Below, piece by piece: positions 48,695-58,761 of a stretch of 64,000 nucleotides of DNA. This DNA comes from a virus, in the IMG/VR virus record IMGVR_UViG_3300029887_000017; one strand, given 5' to 3'. Made by a program: the position numbers and the translations under genes. The notes under the pieces were generated by a model. It made no database searches and was not told the origin of the DNA. It worked only from the letters and a program-made list of their open reading frames with translations. Position 1 is the stretch's first letter. Every line of letters begins with the position of its first letter.

Positions 48695-48712
48695 GAGAGG
48701 CGTGGAATTATC

Positions 48713-48916
48713 ATGGCAGCGAAACAATTTATTCAGACTTTGACTTTTTTCGTCGTGTTAGCAGGTTTTGTATTCCTTGTATTTGGGATTGTGCATACAG
48801 TTGCAAATGAAAAGGACGACATTGGCAGAAAAGGAGGAGTGTGTCTTATTATCATGGGCGTATTGGCTTTCCTTGCTGGAGTTGCAGGATGCTACGTGAG
48901 TAGTATAGTTGGATAA
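48713..48916 (+). CDS. small membrane protein (67 aa)
   Basis: flanked by duplicated 3' end of SPFH gene (48661-48694 / 48986-49030). Confidence 0.45.
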   Translation: MAAKQFIQTLTFFVVLAGFVFLVFGIVHTVANEKDDIGRKGGVCLIIMGVLAFLAGVAGCYVSSIVG

Positions 48917-49109
48917 TATCTAACTGATCTGAATACTTCACGGTGGAAGCTTCCTAGACGCTAAATCGGTGACAAAATAAGCAGATTCGGATACTGTGGT
49001 TACAAAGGATGCGGATAAAGACAGCGAGTAGCAAAAGAGCAGGCGGGGAGAAATTCCTGCCTGTATGTATATGAAGAAGATGAACCCAAGCATACAAGGA
49101 GAGAAAAAC

Positions 49110-50864
49110 ATGGAATTAATTATCAAGGAAACAGGATATACCAAGGAAGAAGCTTGTAAAAAAGAACCAGTGTTCAAAATTGAGGATGGCGTACTCGTAG
49201 ACTGCAACTTAAATGGCAGCAAGATAGTAACAATTCCAGCAGATGTAAAAATCATTGACAAAATGTGTTTTATCAGTACCGACGTGAAAGAAGTAATCCT
49301 GCCTGAAGGCGTTGAGAGCATTGAAGAAAGAGCGTTTTCATGCTGCAATAAACTCAGAAAAATCAATTTCCCTGAAACACTTAACGCCATAAAAGAAAGG
49401 GCGTTCTACGGCTGCGTTTCATTGGCTGAGGTCATACTGCCAGAGCGTTTGGCAGAGATAGGAGACTATGCTTTTCACTGTGCAGGCATTAAACAGTTGG
49501 TTCTGCCAAAAAGAGCAGCATCAACAGGAATCAATGTATTCAGTTCAATCAAAATTGAGTCAATTAATATTCCCGAGAACTTCAGCCTTGACATTGCAAT
49601 GTTTGCTGGCTGTGCTAATCTTCACACTGTCAATTTTGAAGCAGACCAGATAACCATTCCGGAGAGATGCTTCTGTGGCTGCACAAATCTGACAGAGATA
49701 GACATAAACAAAGCGTTGTTTATAGAAGACTCGGCATTTCTCAAATGTCACAGTCTATCAGTAAATACTATCCCTGCTCATACTTATGTCGGTGTATGCG
49801 CATTTTCAGAAACCGATGTCACAGATGTAATCATTGAAGACATTTCAAAGATCAGCGAAAGGGCTTTTGCTGAATGCAAACCTTTGAAGAAACTGACAAT
49901 CAATGTTCCTGTCAGTGTTGCCGGATTATCTGTTCCTGGGGGATTAGCATGCGAATGTAAAAGTTTAAAGACAGTCACTTTCACAGGACACATCGAAAAT
50001 CTGTCAAGCATTAAAGAAGCAGCATTTAGAGGTACAATGATGCTGACAGAAATCAATCTGCCTGACAATATCCGTCTGATTGAAAAGGAAGCCTTTCATG
50101 GCAGCGGCATCGAGTCTATTCATCTGCCTGAGAACCTTAAGCAGATAGGAATTAGGGCTTTTATGTCATCTGACTTAAAAAGCATTACTGTTCCGGATAA
50201 GACAGTGAAGCTGGGAAAAAGTACTTTTGAAGACTGTGTTCATCTGACAGAGGCCACTCTGCCAAAGTCAATTACGACAATTCCTGAACGGGTTTTCATA
50301 AACTGTGTTTCCTTAAAGACGGTAAATGCCTCAAACATAAATGTTGTCTGCTGCGGAGCTTTCAGTAATTGTGTGTCATTGGAAGCATTTGATTTCAGTC
50401 AGGTCAAAGAGCTTGGAAGCAGGTCGTTTTCAGATTCAGGCCTTCATGAAGTGGTATTCTCTAACAAACCGCCAAAGTTACAGCTGTCAGTATTCTGCAA
50501 CTGTAAAAACCTTCAGCAGGTTGACATGTCAGCTTGCAACAAAATCGAGACAATATCAGCACACTGTTTTGCGAATTGCAGCAGTCTTAAAGACATTAAA
50601 CTGCCGCCAAATGTTCATAAGTTCGATGACGGCTGTTTTACATCAGTGAAGCTTGATAAACTTGTGATAAAAGCTGGAATGCGTGTGAATTTTCATGCAT
50701 TCAGCGAAACATCCATCAATGAACTGGAATTTATTGATGATGCTGGCAAATCCGCAAAGACTGTAGTTGACTTATATGCTTTTGAAAACGCAAAAGTGGG
50801 CAGGTTAATCATACCTGATCATATGTATGACAGGTTTAAAGAAGTAATTGCAAAAATGAGGTAG
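49110..50864 (+). CDS. BspA-type leucine-rich repeat protein (584 aa)
   Basis: ~20 tandem LRR units (..IxExAFxxCxxLxxVxLP..); start set behind acaaggagagaaaaacATG. Confidence 0.8.
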   Translation: MELIIKETGYTKEEACKKEPVFKIEDGVLVDCNLNGSKIVTIPADVKIIDKMCFISTDVKEVILPEGVESIEERAFSCCNKLRKINFPETLNAIKERAFYGCVSLAEVILPERLAEIGDYAFHCAGIKQLVLPKRAASTGINVFSSIKIESINIPENFSLDIAMFAGCANLHTVNFEADQITIPERCFCGCTNLTEIDINKALFIEDSAFLKCHSLSVNTIPAHTYVGVCAFSETDVTDVIIEDISKISERAFAECKPLKKLTINVPVSVAGLSVPGGLACECKSLKTVTFTGHIENLSSIKEAAFRGTMMLTEINLPDNIRLIEKEAFHGSGIESIHLPENLKQIGIRAFMSSDLKSITVPDKTVKLGKSTFEDCVHLTEATLPKSITTIPERVFINCVSLKTVNASNINVVCCGAFSNCVSLEAFDFSQVKELGSRSFSDSGLHEVVFSNKPPKLQLSVFCNCKNLQQVDMSACNKIETISAHCFANCSSLKDIKLPPNVHKFDDGCFTSVKLDKLVIKAGMRVNFHAFSETSINELEFIDDAGKSAKTVVDLYAFENAKVGRLIIPDHMYDRFKEVIAKMR

Positions 50865-50943
50865 AGGATACTCGCCATCGACACTCAGAAAAAATATTTC
50901 TGTCATACTTTCCATATAAACCAAAGAAAGGATGCGAAAAATT

Positions 50944-51213
50944 ATGAAACAGGCAGGATATTTTTTCAATACAGCTAATGATCAATATTCAGTTACTTAC
51001 ATGCAGGGGGCGGGAGTCGGAGTCTTAAACGGTGGCAATTTCCATGACTGCTATATACACCTTCCGCAGATGGCAGGAGAAGGACAGCCTTTCATCGCAC
51101 AGTTTGTAAACGATGCAAGAAATCCTGAATCTCTTCGAGGCAAGACACTCAGGACATCCCCAATACAGTCTGTACATGCAATGAGAATGCAGGAGCAGGA
51201 ACTGGAATTATAG
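50944..51213 (+). CDS. hypothetical protein (89 aa)
   Basis: behind promoter cassette 50895-50925. Confidence 0.5.
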   Translation: MKQAGYFFNTANDQYSVTYMQGAGVGVLNGGNFHDCYIHLPQMAGEGQPFIAQFVNDARNPESLRGKTLRTSPIQSVHAMRMQEQELEL

Positions 51214-51461
51214 GGAAGAAGGAGAAGATATGATGAGATTAATATCAGACAGCCGATTTGCTGGCATGCCATGCGCCTATACAGGCACGGCAACGGCATA
51301 TAAAATAAGAGACTAAAACCGAAAAAAAAGACAATGTCACAAGGCAGTGTTTTTTCGTGTCGGAAAACGAAAAATTAAAATAATATCATACTTTAAGTGT
51401 AAAAATGACAACTGGAGACAGCAAAATTGCCTCTCACAAAAAGAAAATGGAGGAAATGACT

Positions 51462-51632
51462 ATGAGCAAAGCACTTAAATTAAAGAAGTGGAGATTAAGA
51501 AACGGCACGAAGATATACGCCTACTGCACATGCGGCAGGGAGGTGAATAAGGAGCATGACGACAAAGTATGTCCGTTGTGCGGTCAAAAGCTTGACTGGG
51601 GAAACGACAGTGACCCGGTAGGTATTTTATAA
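51462..51632 (+). CDS. zinc-ribbon small protein (56 aa)
   Basis: aaaatggaggaaatgactATG; CTCG..CPLCG. Confidence 0.5.
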   Translation: MSKALKLKKWRLRNGTKIYAYCTCGREVNKEHDDKVCPLCGQKLDWGNDSDPVGIL

Positions 51633-51642
51633 GGAGGTTTTT

Positions 51643-51861
51643 ATGACTCCTAAACAAAAGGCATGGACCGATAAACAAATAAATTTAATCATCGATCCTA
51701 TAAAAAAAGTCGGTCCGCTATCCATGACAGATGAACAGTGGGAGGCGGTAAATAACCGAATTGACCATGTCATCAGGCTGGCAAAAGGCAATAAAGAGGT
51801 GCGGGAAGCACTTTTTGATGCTATTGAGCCATATGATAAAATGGTTAATTCCGGTAAATAA
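51643..51861 (+). CDS. hypothetical protein (72 aa)
   Basis: ataaggaggtttttATG. Confidence 0.5.
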   Translation: MTPKQKAWTDKQINLIIDPIKKVGPLSMTDEQWEAVNNRIDHVIRLAKGNKEVREALFDAIEPYDKMVNSGK

Positions 51862-51947
51862 AAAAAGAAGAGTCCACGGTTTGTGGGCTCTTTTTTGAAA
51901 ACAAAAAACATACTCTGTGAAAGAAAACACCGAAAGGAGGAGGTTTT

Positions 51948-52088
51948 ATGAACAGATGGAAGAGATGGCTGTTCATTATTATTGTAACAGCTGCGGCAGT
52001 ATGTCTGCTTATTCTGGCAGGACTGGCGTTTTTCAACATATTTGAAGGAAGCAAAGCTGTAATGCCTATCCATTCGCCGATGGTATAA
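51948..52088 (+). CDS. small TM peptide (46 aa)
   Basis: gaaaggaggaggttttATG. Confidence 0.4.
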   Translation: MNRWKRWLFIIIVTAAAVCLLILAGLAFFNIFEGSKAVMPIHSPMV

Positions 52089-52089
52089 G

Positions 52090-52116
52090 AAAAGAGCGGA
52101 AAATACCGCTCTTTTT
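52090..52116. terminator. bidirectional terminator between convergent genes
   Basis: AGAGCGG..CCGCTCT hairpin flanked by A/T runs. Confidence 0.6.
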
Positions 52117-52650
52117 CTAAAATATCCCAAACAACTTCGGAGGCTTGTCGTCAAACATAATATTCTTACGTCTGTCACCCTCATCGTAAAGTTTCCTAGC
52201 TTTTTCAGCCGGCATAAACAATGCAGATATGGTCGTGAAGGTAATGCGCCGGTAAATGAAATCAATTGTCGGGGCCACATATTCAGGTTTTTCCTTATCT
52301 CGTGGCAGATAACCCTTATACCGCGCGGCCCATGCAATATCATCACATTCCTCACCGTCTATATAACCTTTAAAGTTCACATCTTCATTCCAGTATTCAC
52401 AGGCAAAAACAAATTTTCCCGGGAAGAGAGCAGTCAGCTTCTTGGCTGCCTCAGTGGTTTCACCGTCAATGTCAAAGCGTATTCCGCATGGCATCTCTTT
52501 GAGATTGCATGGAGCGGCAGGATCAATCCCTATGCTTTCCATATTTTTCTTTGTAAATACCTTTGTGTCTTTTTTATATGCATTGAAAACAAAGCATGTC
52601 GCATACCGCGTCCCGGCGCCATACAGTGCCTTAAATTTAGTGTAATCCAT
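52117..52650 (-). CDS. hypothetical protein (177 aa)
   Basis: minus-strand ORF, AGGAGAAA RBS. Confidence 0.6.
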   Translation of the reverse strand: MDYTKFKALYGAGTRYATCFVFNAYKKDTKVFTKKNMESIGIDPAAPCNLKEMPCGIRFDIDGETTEAAKKLTALFPGKFVFACEYWNEDVNFKGYIDGEECDDIAWAARYKGYLPRDKEKPEYVAPTIDFIYRRITFTTISALFMPAEKARKLYDEGDRRKNIMFDDKPPKLFGIF

Positions 52651-52661
52651 AAATATTTCTC

Positions 52662-53189
52662 CTATTTTGTGATGTTGATGTCAATCTGTTCCTTGAAATA
52701 TTCCATGATAAATTCATCCCTCATGCCGTTTGCATAGTTCATGGAGTTTGCTTTCAAATTTTCATAAAAGCAGTCAAACTGTGCCTTACCAAATTTTTTA
52801 TCCATCTGCATAAGCGCGTTCAAAGAAAGCACGATGTATGACTCAATAGCGCGGTTTGATTCTACAACCGCCATATTAATAGCCTGCATCCCACCTTTCG
52901 GGAGGCCGCCTATTATGTATGTTTTGGCACGGTATGGAAATTCTTTAACCTTATGAGGCAGGGATACATTCCATATTTTTTCAATTTCTTTCTCCGCTTT
53001 ATCAAAAGCATTAAAATTTCCTGATAATTCTCCGTTATATTCATGCAGTTTCTTATTAAACTGGGTCAGTTTTTCAGTACTGAAATTAAAATTATAATAA
53101 AGCACTGTAAATCCAAGAAGCTGTATGCTGCTGAAGGTCTTTAAAAATGCGTTGTCACCAATACTTTTCAACTGTCTGTCTGTTATCAT
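52662..53189 (-). CDS. hypothetical protein (175 aa)
   Basis: minus-strand ORF behind reverse-oriented promoter cassette at 53225-53275. Confidence 0.6.
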   Translation of the reverse strand: MITDRQLKSIGDNAFLKTFSSIQLLGFTVLYYNFNFSTEKLTQFNKKLHEYNGELSGNFNAFDKAEKEIEKIWNVSLPHKVKEFPYRAKTYIIGGLPKGGMQAINMAVVESNRAIESYIVLSLNALMQMDKKFGKAQFDCFYENLKANSMNYANGMRDEFIMEYFKEQIDINITK

Positions 53190-53469
53190 AAATGCACCTC
53201 ATTTTCTATTTTACCATATTTTTTACATATATAGTATGACAGAATTGAAATTTACAAATAGCTTTCCATATAAGAAGGTCTGAATATGCGTCATGACGCA
53301 CGCAGAGCCGGAAAACCTAAGTCCCCCGGCTCCTGATTAAAAAAGAAAAATAGAGAAAACGCGAAAATGTACTTAAGCAATGGCGTTAGCTTAAGATGAT
53401 TCGCATTGTAAGTATGATATTTTTTATAAAAATAAAAAATCATACTCCCCATGCAAATATTATAACACA

Positions 53470-53984
53470 GGACTAATTGTTAAGTAATTAAAAACATAGA
53501 AATATGTATGCAAACATAAACAAAAGTGGACACATTAAGTCTTTTGTTTATGGCTTAACAATAGGTTTCGAGCCTAAGTGACTGCTACTGTCGAAAGATA
53601 TGTTGCAGATATGAACTACATTAAGTAGTAAGGTAAAGACACACCTTTAGATGTAATCTTCAGTCTGAAGCGCTGTGAGTGCAAACCAAGAAACAATGCT
53701 AATGTCCTGCATTGATAACAGGGAAACACATGTCCTCTACTCGATATTGGCACGAAGAAAAATTCTCCGAAAGGAAGGTGTCAGAAATGACAAATTACGC
53801 TTTTGTATTGGATGCTAATAATAAACAATTAACGCCAACAAAAGTCCAACAAAACATTGTAAGAAAGTTAACACAAGAAAATGTAAAGCACTTTGGAAAT
53901 ATTCTAAGATTTACTGGTTAGATAATGTAAGCTAGACACATTTATCTACATTTAAACACAAATAATAATTATTTCATAAGGAGG
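53470..53984. repeat. 0.5-kb direct repeat copy 2
   Basis: ~95% identical to 15653-16164. Confidence 0.85.
53787..53921 (+). CDS. small ORF inside repeat (44 aa, [28 protein letters not shown]..)
   Basis: identical context to 15970-16104. Confidence 0.4.
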   Translation: MTNYAFVLDANNKQLTPTKVQQNIVRKLTQENVKHFGNILRFTG

Positions 53985-53990
53985 GAAATA

Positions 53991-54122
53991 ATGAGAAGAG
54001 AAAGTTTGGTCAATGCAAGAATTGCCGCTTATACACAAAAAAAGAAGCATGGCGGCAAAATAAGAAAAGACACAGCAATTAACATAATCAGGGACAAGAC
54101 GCATCATAAAAAGCATTGTTAA
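53991..54122 (+). CDS. small basic protein (43 aa)
   Basis: cataaggagggaaataATG. Confidence 0.35.
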   Translation: MRRESLVNARIAAYTQKKKHGGKIRKDTAINIIRDKTHHKKHC

Positions 54123-54232
54123 AAGAAGAGAGCCCCTCAAAGAGGCTCTTCCTTTTTATATGGAAAGCTATAAGCAGCTGTCTAAAATATCATACTTGTC
54201 GTATATAACGACCGGGGGCGAAAGGAGTTCAT

Positions 54233-54421
54233 ATGATTTTGCATTTTTTTATCCTGATGTTTATTTTTGCGGCATGGATACTGACAATTGGAATAGTAGC
54301 TGCCGTGTACAAAGCAAAACACGCACTTAATATATGGCTTAAAATAATCGGCATGGGAGGATTCTTGTATCCACTTGCAATAGCCGTGTTTTTAGGAATT
54401 GAATATGGAATTATCTACTAA
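54233..54421 (+). CDS. small membrane protein (62 aa)
   Basis: 2 TM helices. Confidence 0.5.
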   Translation: MILHFFILMFIFAAWILTIGIVAAVYKAKHALNIWLKIIGMGGFLYPLAIAVFLGIEYGIIY

Positions 54422-54507
54422 TCTTATATAGAAAACCATAAACGAATTAAAATTCTATCATACTTGTAATGTAAACAAAATTTGAAAAGAAAGGAAACTT
54501 GGAAAAA

Positions 54508-54936
54508 ATGTACTGTCCAACGATTAATCAGGCAAAAGCACTTGCTGAAAAATATCACAATTCTTCGACATACAAGCATGTGTGCAGGGTTGCAGACTAC
54601 GTCGCAGAATGCCCGGGCGTTCCGGATGCAATACGAAACGACTGTATAGTGCTGGCATATATGCACGACCTAGTAGAGGATACTGATTTTGTAAAAAGCG
54701 AAATGTATAAAAATCTGAATGAAGCGGTTAAAATGGCTCTCACCCTCATCACAAAAGAAAAAGATGAAAGTTATGATGAATATTGCCAGAAATTAAGAGA
54801 CAACTCAGGAATGGGACCAGGAAAGATGGCATGGCTGGTAAAATTGGCAGATATGAAGGATCATCTGAACCAGACGGAAACTCTTTCAGAAAGAAGAAAA
54901 GAAAAATATTTAAGCGGACTAAGATTTCTGCTTTAG
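54508..54936 (+). CDS. HD-domain phosphohydrolase, SpoT/Mesh1-like (142 aa)
   Basis: H..HDLVEDT..D motif pattern. Confidence 0.65.
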   Translation: MYCPTINQAKALAEKYHNSSTYKHVCRVADYVAECPGVPDAIRNDCIVLAYMHDLVEDTDFVKSEMYKNLNEAVKMALTLITKEKDESYDEYCQKLRDNSGMGPGKMAWLVKLADMKDHLNQTETLSERRKEKYLSGLRFLL

Positions 54937-54950
54937 GAAAGGAAAGAAGA

Positions 54951-55310
54951 ATGGCTAAAATTTTGATAGTGGATGATGCAGCATTCATGCGCATGATGTT
55001 AAAAGACATTGTTGTAAAAGCAGGACATGAAGTTGCTGCGGAAGCCTATGATGGCAATGAAGCTCTTGAAAAATATAAAGAGTTTAAACCAGACCTTGTA
55101 ACGATGGACATTACAATGCCAAATTGTGACGGTCTTGAGGCTGTTTCAAATATAATTGCAAGTTTTCCTGATGCAAAAATCATCATGGTATCAGCAATGG
55201 GACAGCAGGGGATGGTTCTCGATGCAATAAAGCGCGGGGCAAAAGATTTTATCGTTAAGCCTTTTCAGGCAGAAAAAGTGGCAAATTCAATTGCAAATGT
55301 TTTAAAATAG
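54951..55310 (+). CDS. cheY: CheY-like single-domain response regulator (119 aa)
   Basis: MAKILIVDDAAFMRMML..DLVTMDITMP..MVSAMGQQ..AKDFIVKPF, near-identical in pattern to Firmicutes CheY. Confidence 0.85.
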   Translation: MAKILIVDDAAFMRMMLKDIVVKAGHEVAAEAYDGNEALEKYKEFKPDLVTMDITMPNCDGLEAVSNIIASFPDAKIIMVSAMGQQGMVLDAIKRGAKDFIVKPFQAEKVANSIANVLK

Positions 55311-55321
55311 GAGGAACAAAA

Positions 55322-56404
55322 ATGAATAAAAAAGAAGTACTGGAACTTAGAAAGAAGCAGACAAAGGACAAGGCGTCCTTTTCAAGAGTATGCGGATGTT
55401 ATGTGAATTCAGGCAAAAACAAGATCCTTACAATGGGGAATACCTTTTTATCATTAGACGACGATGAGTTCTATAAGTATCTTGACATCGCAAAGAAATC
55501 GCTTGGAGGAAAGCTTGGAAACAATCTTTTAAACCTTGAGTTTCCGCTTGAAGAGGAAAAACCGGGCGGATGCCAGCAGATGCTCATGGCATTAAGAGAC
55601 AGCGATTTAAAAAATGATGAGCTGCTTAATACCTTTTATGACCATGTCATTGATACATACGATAATCCCGGCAATTACCTTATTCTTTTGTATCTTGACA
55701 ATTACGATATTATAAAGAAAGGCAGCGATAATGCAAGCATTGACGAGTCAGAAGAAGTATATAAATATCTTATCTGCAGCATCTGTCCGGTAGAGCGCTC
55801 AAAACCTGCCCTCGGATACAAGGAAGATGAAAATAAGATAGGCTCAAGAGCGCGCGACTGGGTTGTGGGCGCACCAGAAAGTGCATTCTTATTTCCGTCG
55901 TTTAATGACAGAAGCACGGATATTCACGAAGCCTTGTTCTTTGCCAAAAAGCCAAAAGAACTGCATGATGAGTTTATTAAGAAAGGACTTGGCTGCAAGC
56001 CGGTTATGCCGTCAGAAATGAAGAGAGGCATGTTTGAGCAGGCTGTCAGATATGCAACAGATTCAGATGATGAACTTGACAGGAGAATAGTCGGTATATG
56101 CATGGATATTGACGAGCAGGCAGAGTCTTTCGGCAAAGACCTTGCTGATTTTGAAATTACAGAGGACAACTTTGAGAAAGTCTTAAGGGACAATGACATG
56201 TCTGATGCGCAAGCTAAAAAGGTCAGGAAAGCATGCAGGGAGATATTCGATGACGGACCAGTGACAGCCGCTGACATAGTTGATGAGAAAGCCATAGAAA
56301 AACGCTCGAAAGAGCTTGGGTATAAAGAGCTTGAGGCTGAAAATGAAAGACTCAGGGAAGAGATAGAAAAGCTTAAAAAAGAACTCAAAGACGCAAGGCA
56401 GTAG
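55322..56404 (+). CDS. hypothetical protein (360 aa)
   Basis: ORF behind aaataggaggaacaaaaATG. Confidence 0.6.
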   Translation: MNKKEVLELRKKQTKDKASFSRVCGCYVNSGKNKILTMGNTFLSLDDDEFYKYLDIAKKSLGGKLGNNLLNLEFPLEEEKPGGCQQMLMALRDSDLKNDELLNTFYDHVIDTYDNPGNYLILLYLDNYDIIKKGSDNASIDESEEVYKYLICSICPVERSKPALGYKEDENKIGSRARDWVVGAPESAFLFPSFNDRSTDIHEALFFAKKPKELHDEFIKKGLGCKPVMPSEMKRGMFEQAVRYATDSDDELDRRIVGICMDIDEQAESFGKDLADFEITEDNFEKVLRDNDMSDAQAKKVRKACREIFDDGPVTAADIVDEKAIEKRSKELGYKELEAENERLREEIEKLKKELKDARQ

Positions 56405-56455
56405 AAAAGCAAACAGCCATCCGGACAGTTCGGATGGCTGTTAAGGAGGTTTTTT

Positions 56456-57193
56456 ATGGAAATCATAAAGGTTGAAGACAACTTAAGATATGCAGTGGTA
56501 ATAACTAATGAAGAAGTTGAAGATAACGGAATTATAACAGGCGGACAGTTTAATCCGCAGGTGGTAATGAACTTTGTGGCACAGATACCGGAAATGGCAG
56601 ACGTAATAAAAACTACCGAAAGAGAAGAGAACCGCGTACATCTTAACATGGCATGTTTTGATAATTATGTAATTATTGCGGCTGATTTTGATCAGGATGA
56701 CAGTATCGGGCATCTTGTTAAGGAAGCCGAAGGCTTTGCAGATGATGCCAAGCATACGGATGACGTTGTTTTTGCGCAGGCGATAGAGTTGTTTGTGAGA
56801 ATTCTTTCAGATAAGCTGAAGATAAAGCAGGCTGCAGGCAAAGGGACGGGCATGCGCGGACACAGCATGAATTTGAATGAACTTTGTGGTTATGATGATG
56901 AGAATGATGACATATCTCAAGAGAGCTGTATTTTTGCAATGAAGCAGACTCCAAAATCATTTGATTACATTATGCACCTGAGAAGCGCTCTGGAAAAGAA
57001 AAAGATGCTTGGAAAAGGTGCTGTGCTATATAAAGATGAAGCCAAAAGGGCATACTTCATCGACCTTGCAGGTGTCTTAGACATAAAAGATGCAGCAGTA
57101 ATTGGTTACACAGCCCTTGAGATGGGATTTAGCAGGGCAAAGCCGATAAGAAGCTATTTGAAAGAGCATGGAAAAGTTTTTCCGATACTATAA
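56456..57193 (+). CDS. hypothetical protein (245 aa)
   Basis: ORF. Confidence 0.55.
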   Translation: MEIIKVEDNLRYAVVITNEEVEDNGIITGGQFNPQVVMNFVAQIPEMADVIKTTEREENRVHLNMACFDNYVIIAADFDQDDSIGHLVKEAEGFADDAKHTDDVVFAQAIELFVRILSDKLKIKQAAGKGTGMRGHSMNLNELCGYDDENDDISQESCIFAMKQTPKSFDYIMHLRSALEKKKMLGKGAVLYKDEAKRAYFIDLAGVLDIKDAAVIGYTALEMGFSRAKPIRSYLKEHGKVFPIL

Positions 57194-57294
57194 GATACTG
57201 TGCGGATAATATACCAAGAGTCTTGAACTTTCAAGGCTCTTTTTTTGTGCAAAGAAAAAATCATACTCTTAATATATTAAAACAGGAGGACGAA

Positions 57295-58656
57295 ATGATT
57301 AAATATAAACTATTTGACAAAACAAATTTAAAAGGCATTGCAATAGCAGGAGCGTTGTCATTGTCTGCCGCGTTCATGGCGGTTCCATCAGCATGCGTGT
57401 ATGCGGATACACCAGTTCAGTCGCAGACAGCAGATACAGACAGCAGTGAACCTTTAAGCGAGAATGAAAGCGAAAAAGATAACCCAGCGGCAGGGGATAT
57501 TGGTGATACACCCGGTTACAATTTGGAAAAGACGAAAAAGCAGTCTGTTGAGGAAAATGAAAATTCAACAAGACAGGACTCAGAGATAGATTTGTCAGCA
57601 AGGCCTTATCCAGCTGCAGACAACGTTATAAATAGCGATTCTTATTATAATCTTGGCGCGCTTACAAATTATGAACAGTATATCAATATGTCTTTTGACG
57701 TCGCTGAAAATGATGTTACACGTCTTCAGGTTATCTACAGCGGAAACTCTCCGGAATTTGCTTTTTTTAATCCGGAAAAGCAGATTTATGCAGGATCGAA
57801 CAAGACTTACGAAAATGGATTTTCCATTGTAAAAAAAACACGCAGTGATTACATGTCAATAGGTCAGAGTAACTACAATGTAGATGTGTATTATATCGAA
57901 TATCCAAAGACGGGTGGCTCCTGGATAGCGCAGATGTCTGCTGTAGGGGTAAAAGATGTTATATGTTCAAAAACAAAACTGCCTAAGAACTGGCAAAATT
58001 TAAGTGCAAGCAAAGAGGGCGCGGTTGATATGGACGGTCCAACATTTTACTCGCTCGCGGATTCATCTAACATCGTTACACTTACCGATTCATCCAGCAG
58101 CTTTGATGCAAATGGGGAATCAGCAGATAAAAAGATAAAGGCAGTAAAAGAAGAAGACAAGAAAGATTACAGCTCACTTATAATGTGTGGAACTTTTCTG
58201 GCAATAATGGTAGTCGGTTTTATTGTATTTAAAGTAAAGTCGAATAAAAAAGCCAAGGCAGCAGAAGAAAAGACCAAAAAAGAAAAAGAACTTGCGGAAT
58301 ATAAAGAATCAAGAAAGAGGACGACGGAACAGATTGAAGAAGATCTTACAAAAGAATTTGAAAAAGAAGGCGAAGACTGGTCTGATGTGCAGATTGAGTG
58401 GGATACAAAGCCGACAGTTCTTGAAATGCCTGAAGAGAAAAAGGAATCCAAGGCTATCAAAAAGCGTGTAAGCCAGATTAAAGAGGTGAATGCGGAGTAT
58501 ACAAACACTGTAATACGCGATGCACAGAAGGCGCAGTCAAAGAAAGATGAGGAAGAAAGAAGTAAAGTTCCTTCATATGATGAGTCGGACAGCGTGATTT
58601 TAAACCCTGTTATTCCAAATGTCCCGGACAACGGGAATGATGATGACCTTTTTTAA
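57295..58656 (+). CDS. secreted/membrane-anchored surface protein (453 aa)
   Basis: signal peptide, C-terminal TM helix followed by K/E-rich tail. Confidence 0.6.
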   Translation: MIKYKLFDKTNLKGIAIAGALSLSAAFMAVPSACVYADTPVQSQTADTDSSEPLSENESEKDNPAAGDIGDTPGYNLEKTKKQSVEENENSTRQDSEIDLSARPYPAADNVINSDSYYNLGALTNYEQYINMSFDVAENDVTRLQVIYSGNSPEFAFFNPEKQIYAGSNKTYENGFSIVKKTRSDYMSIGQSNYNVDVYYIEYPKTGGSWIAQMSAVGVKDVICSKTKLPKNWQNLSASKEGAVDMDGPTFYSLADSSNIVTLTDSSSSFDANGESADKKIKAVKEEDKKDYSSLIMCGTFLAIMVVGFIVFKVKSNKKAKAAEEKTKKEKELAEYKESRKRTTEQIEEDLTKEFEKEGEDWSDVQIEWDTKPTVLEMPEEKKESKAIKKRVSQIKEVNAEYTNTVIRDAQKAQSKKDEEERSKVPSYDESDSVILNPVIPNVPDNGNDDDLF

Positions 58657-58761
58657 AAAAATAATCGAATGCAGCTCCGTAAGGAGCTGTATTTTTGCAT
58701 TTCAAAAAAATATCATACTCTCTATGTTTGAAGATACAAAGAGAAAAGGAGAAAGAACAAA

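Noticed and set aside
51627-52355. 242-aa minus-strand ORF overlapping 51643-51861 (+), 51948-52088 (+) and the 5' part of 52117-52650 (-)
   Set aside because: Crosses a bidirectional terminator and two RBS-supported + genes; the shorter 52117-52650 frame with its own RBS is preferred.
55924-56649. 241-aa minus-strand Ser-rich ORF antisense to the 360-aa gene
   Set aside because: Same reasoning; antisense artefact.
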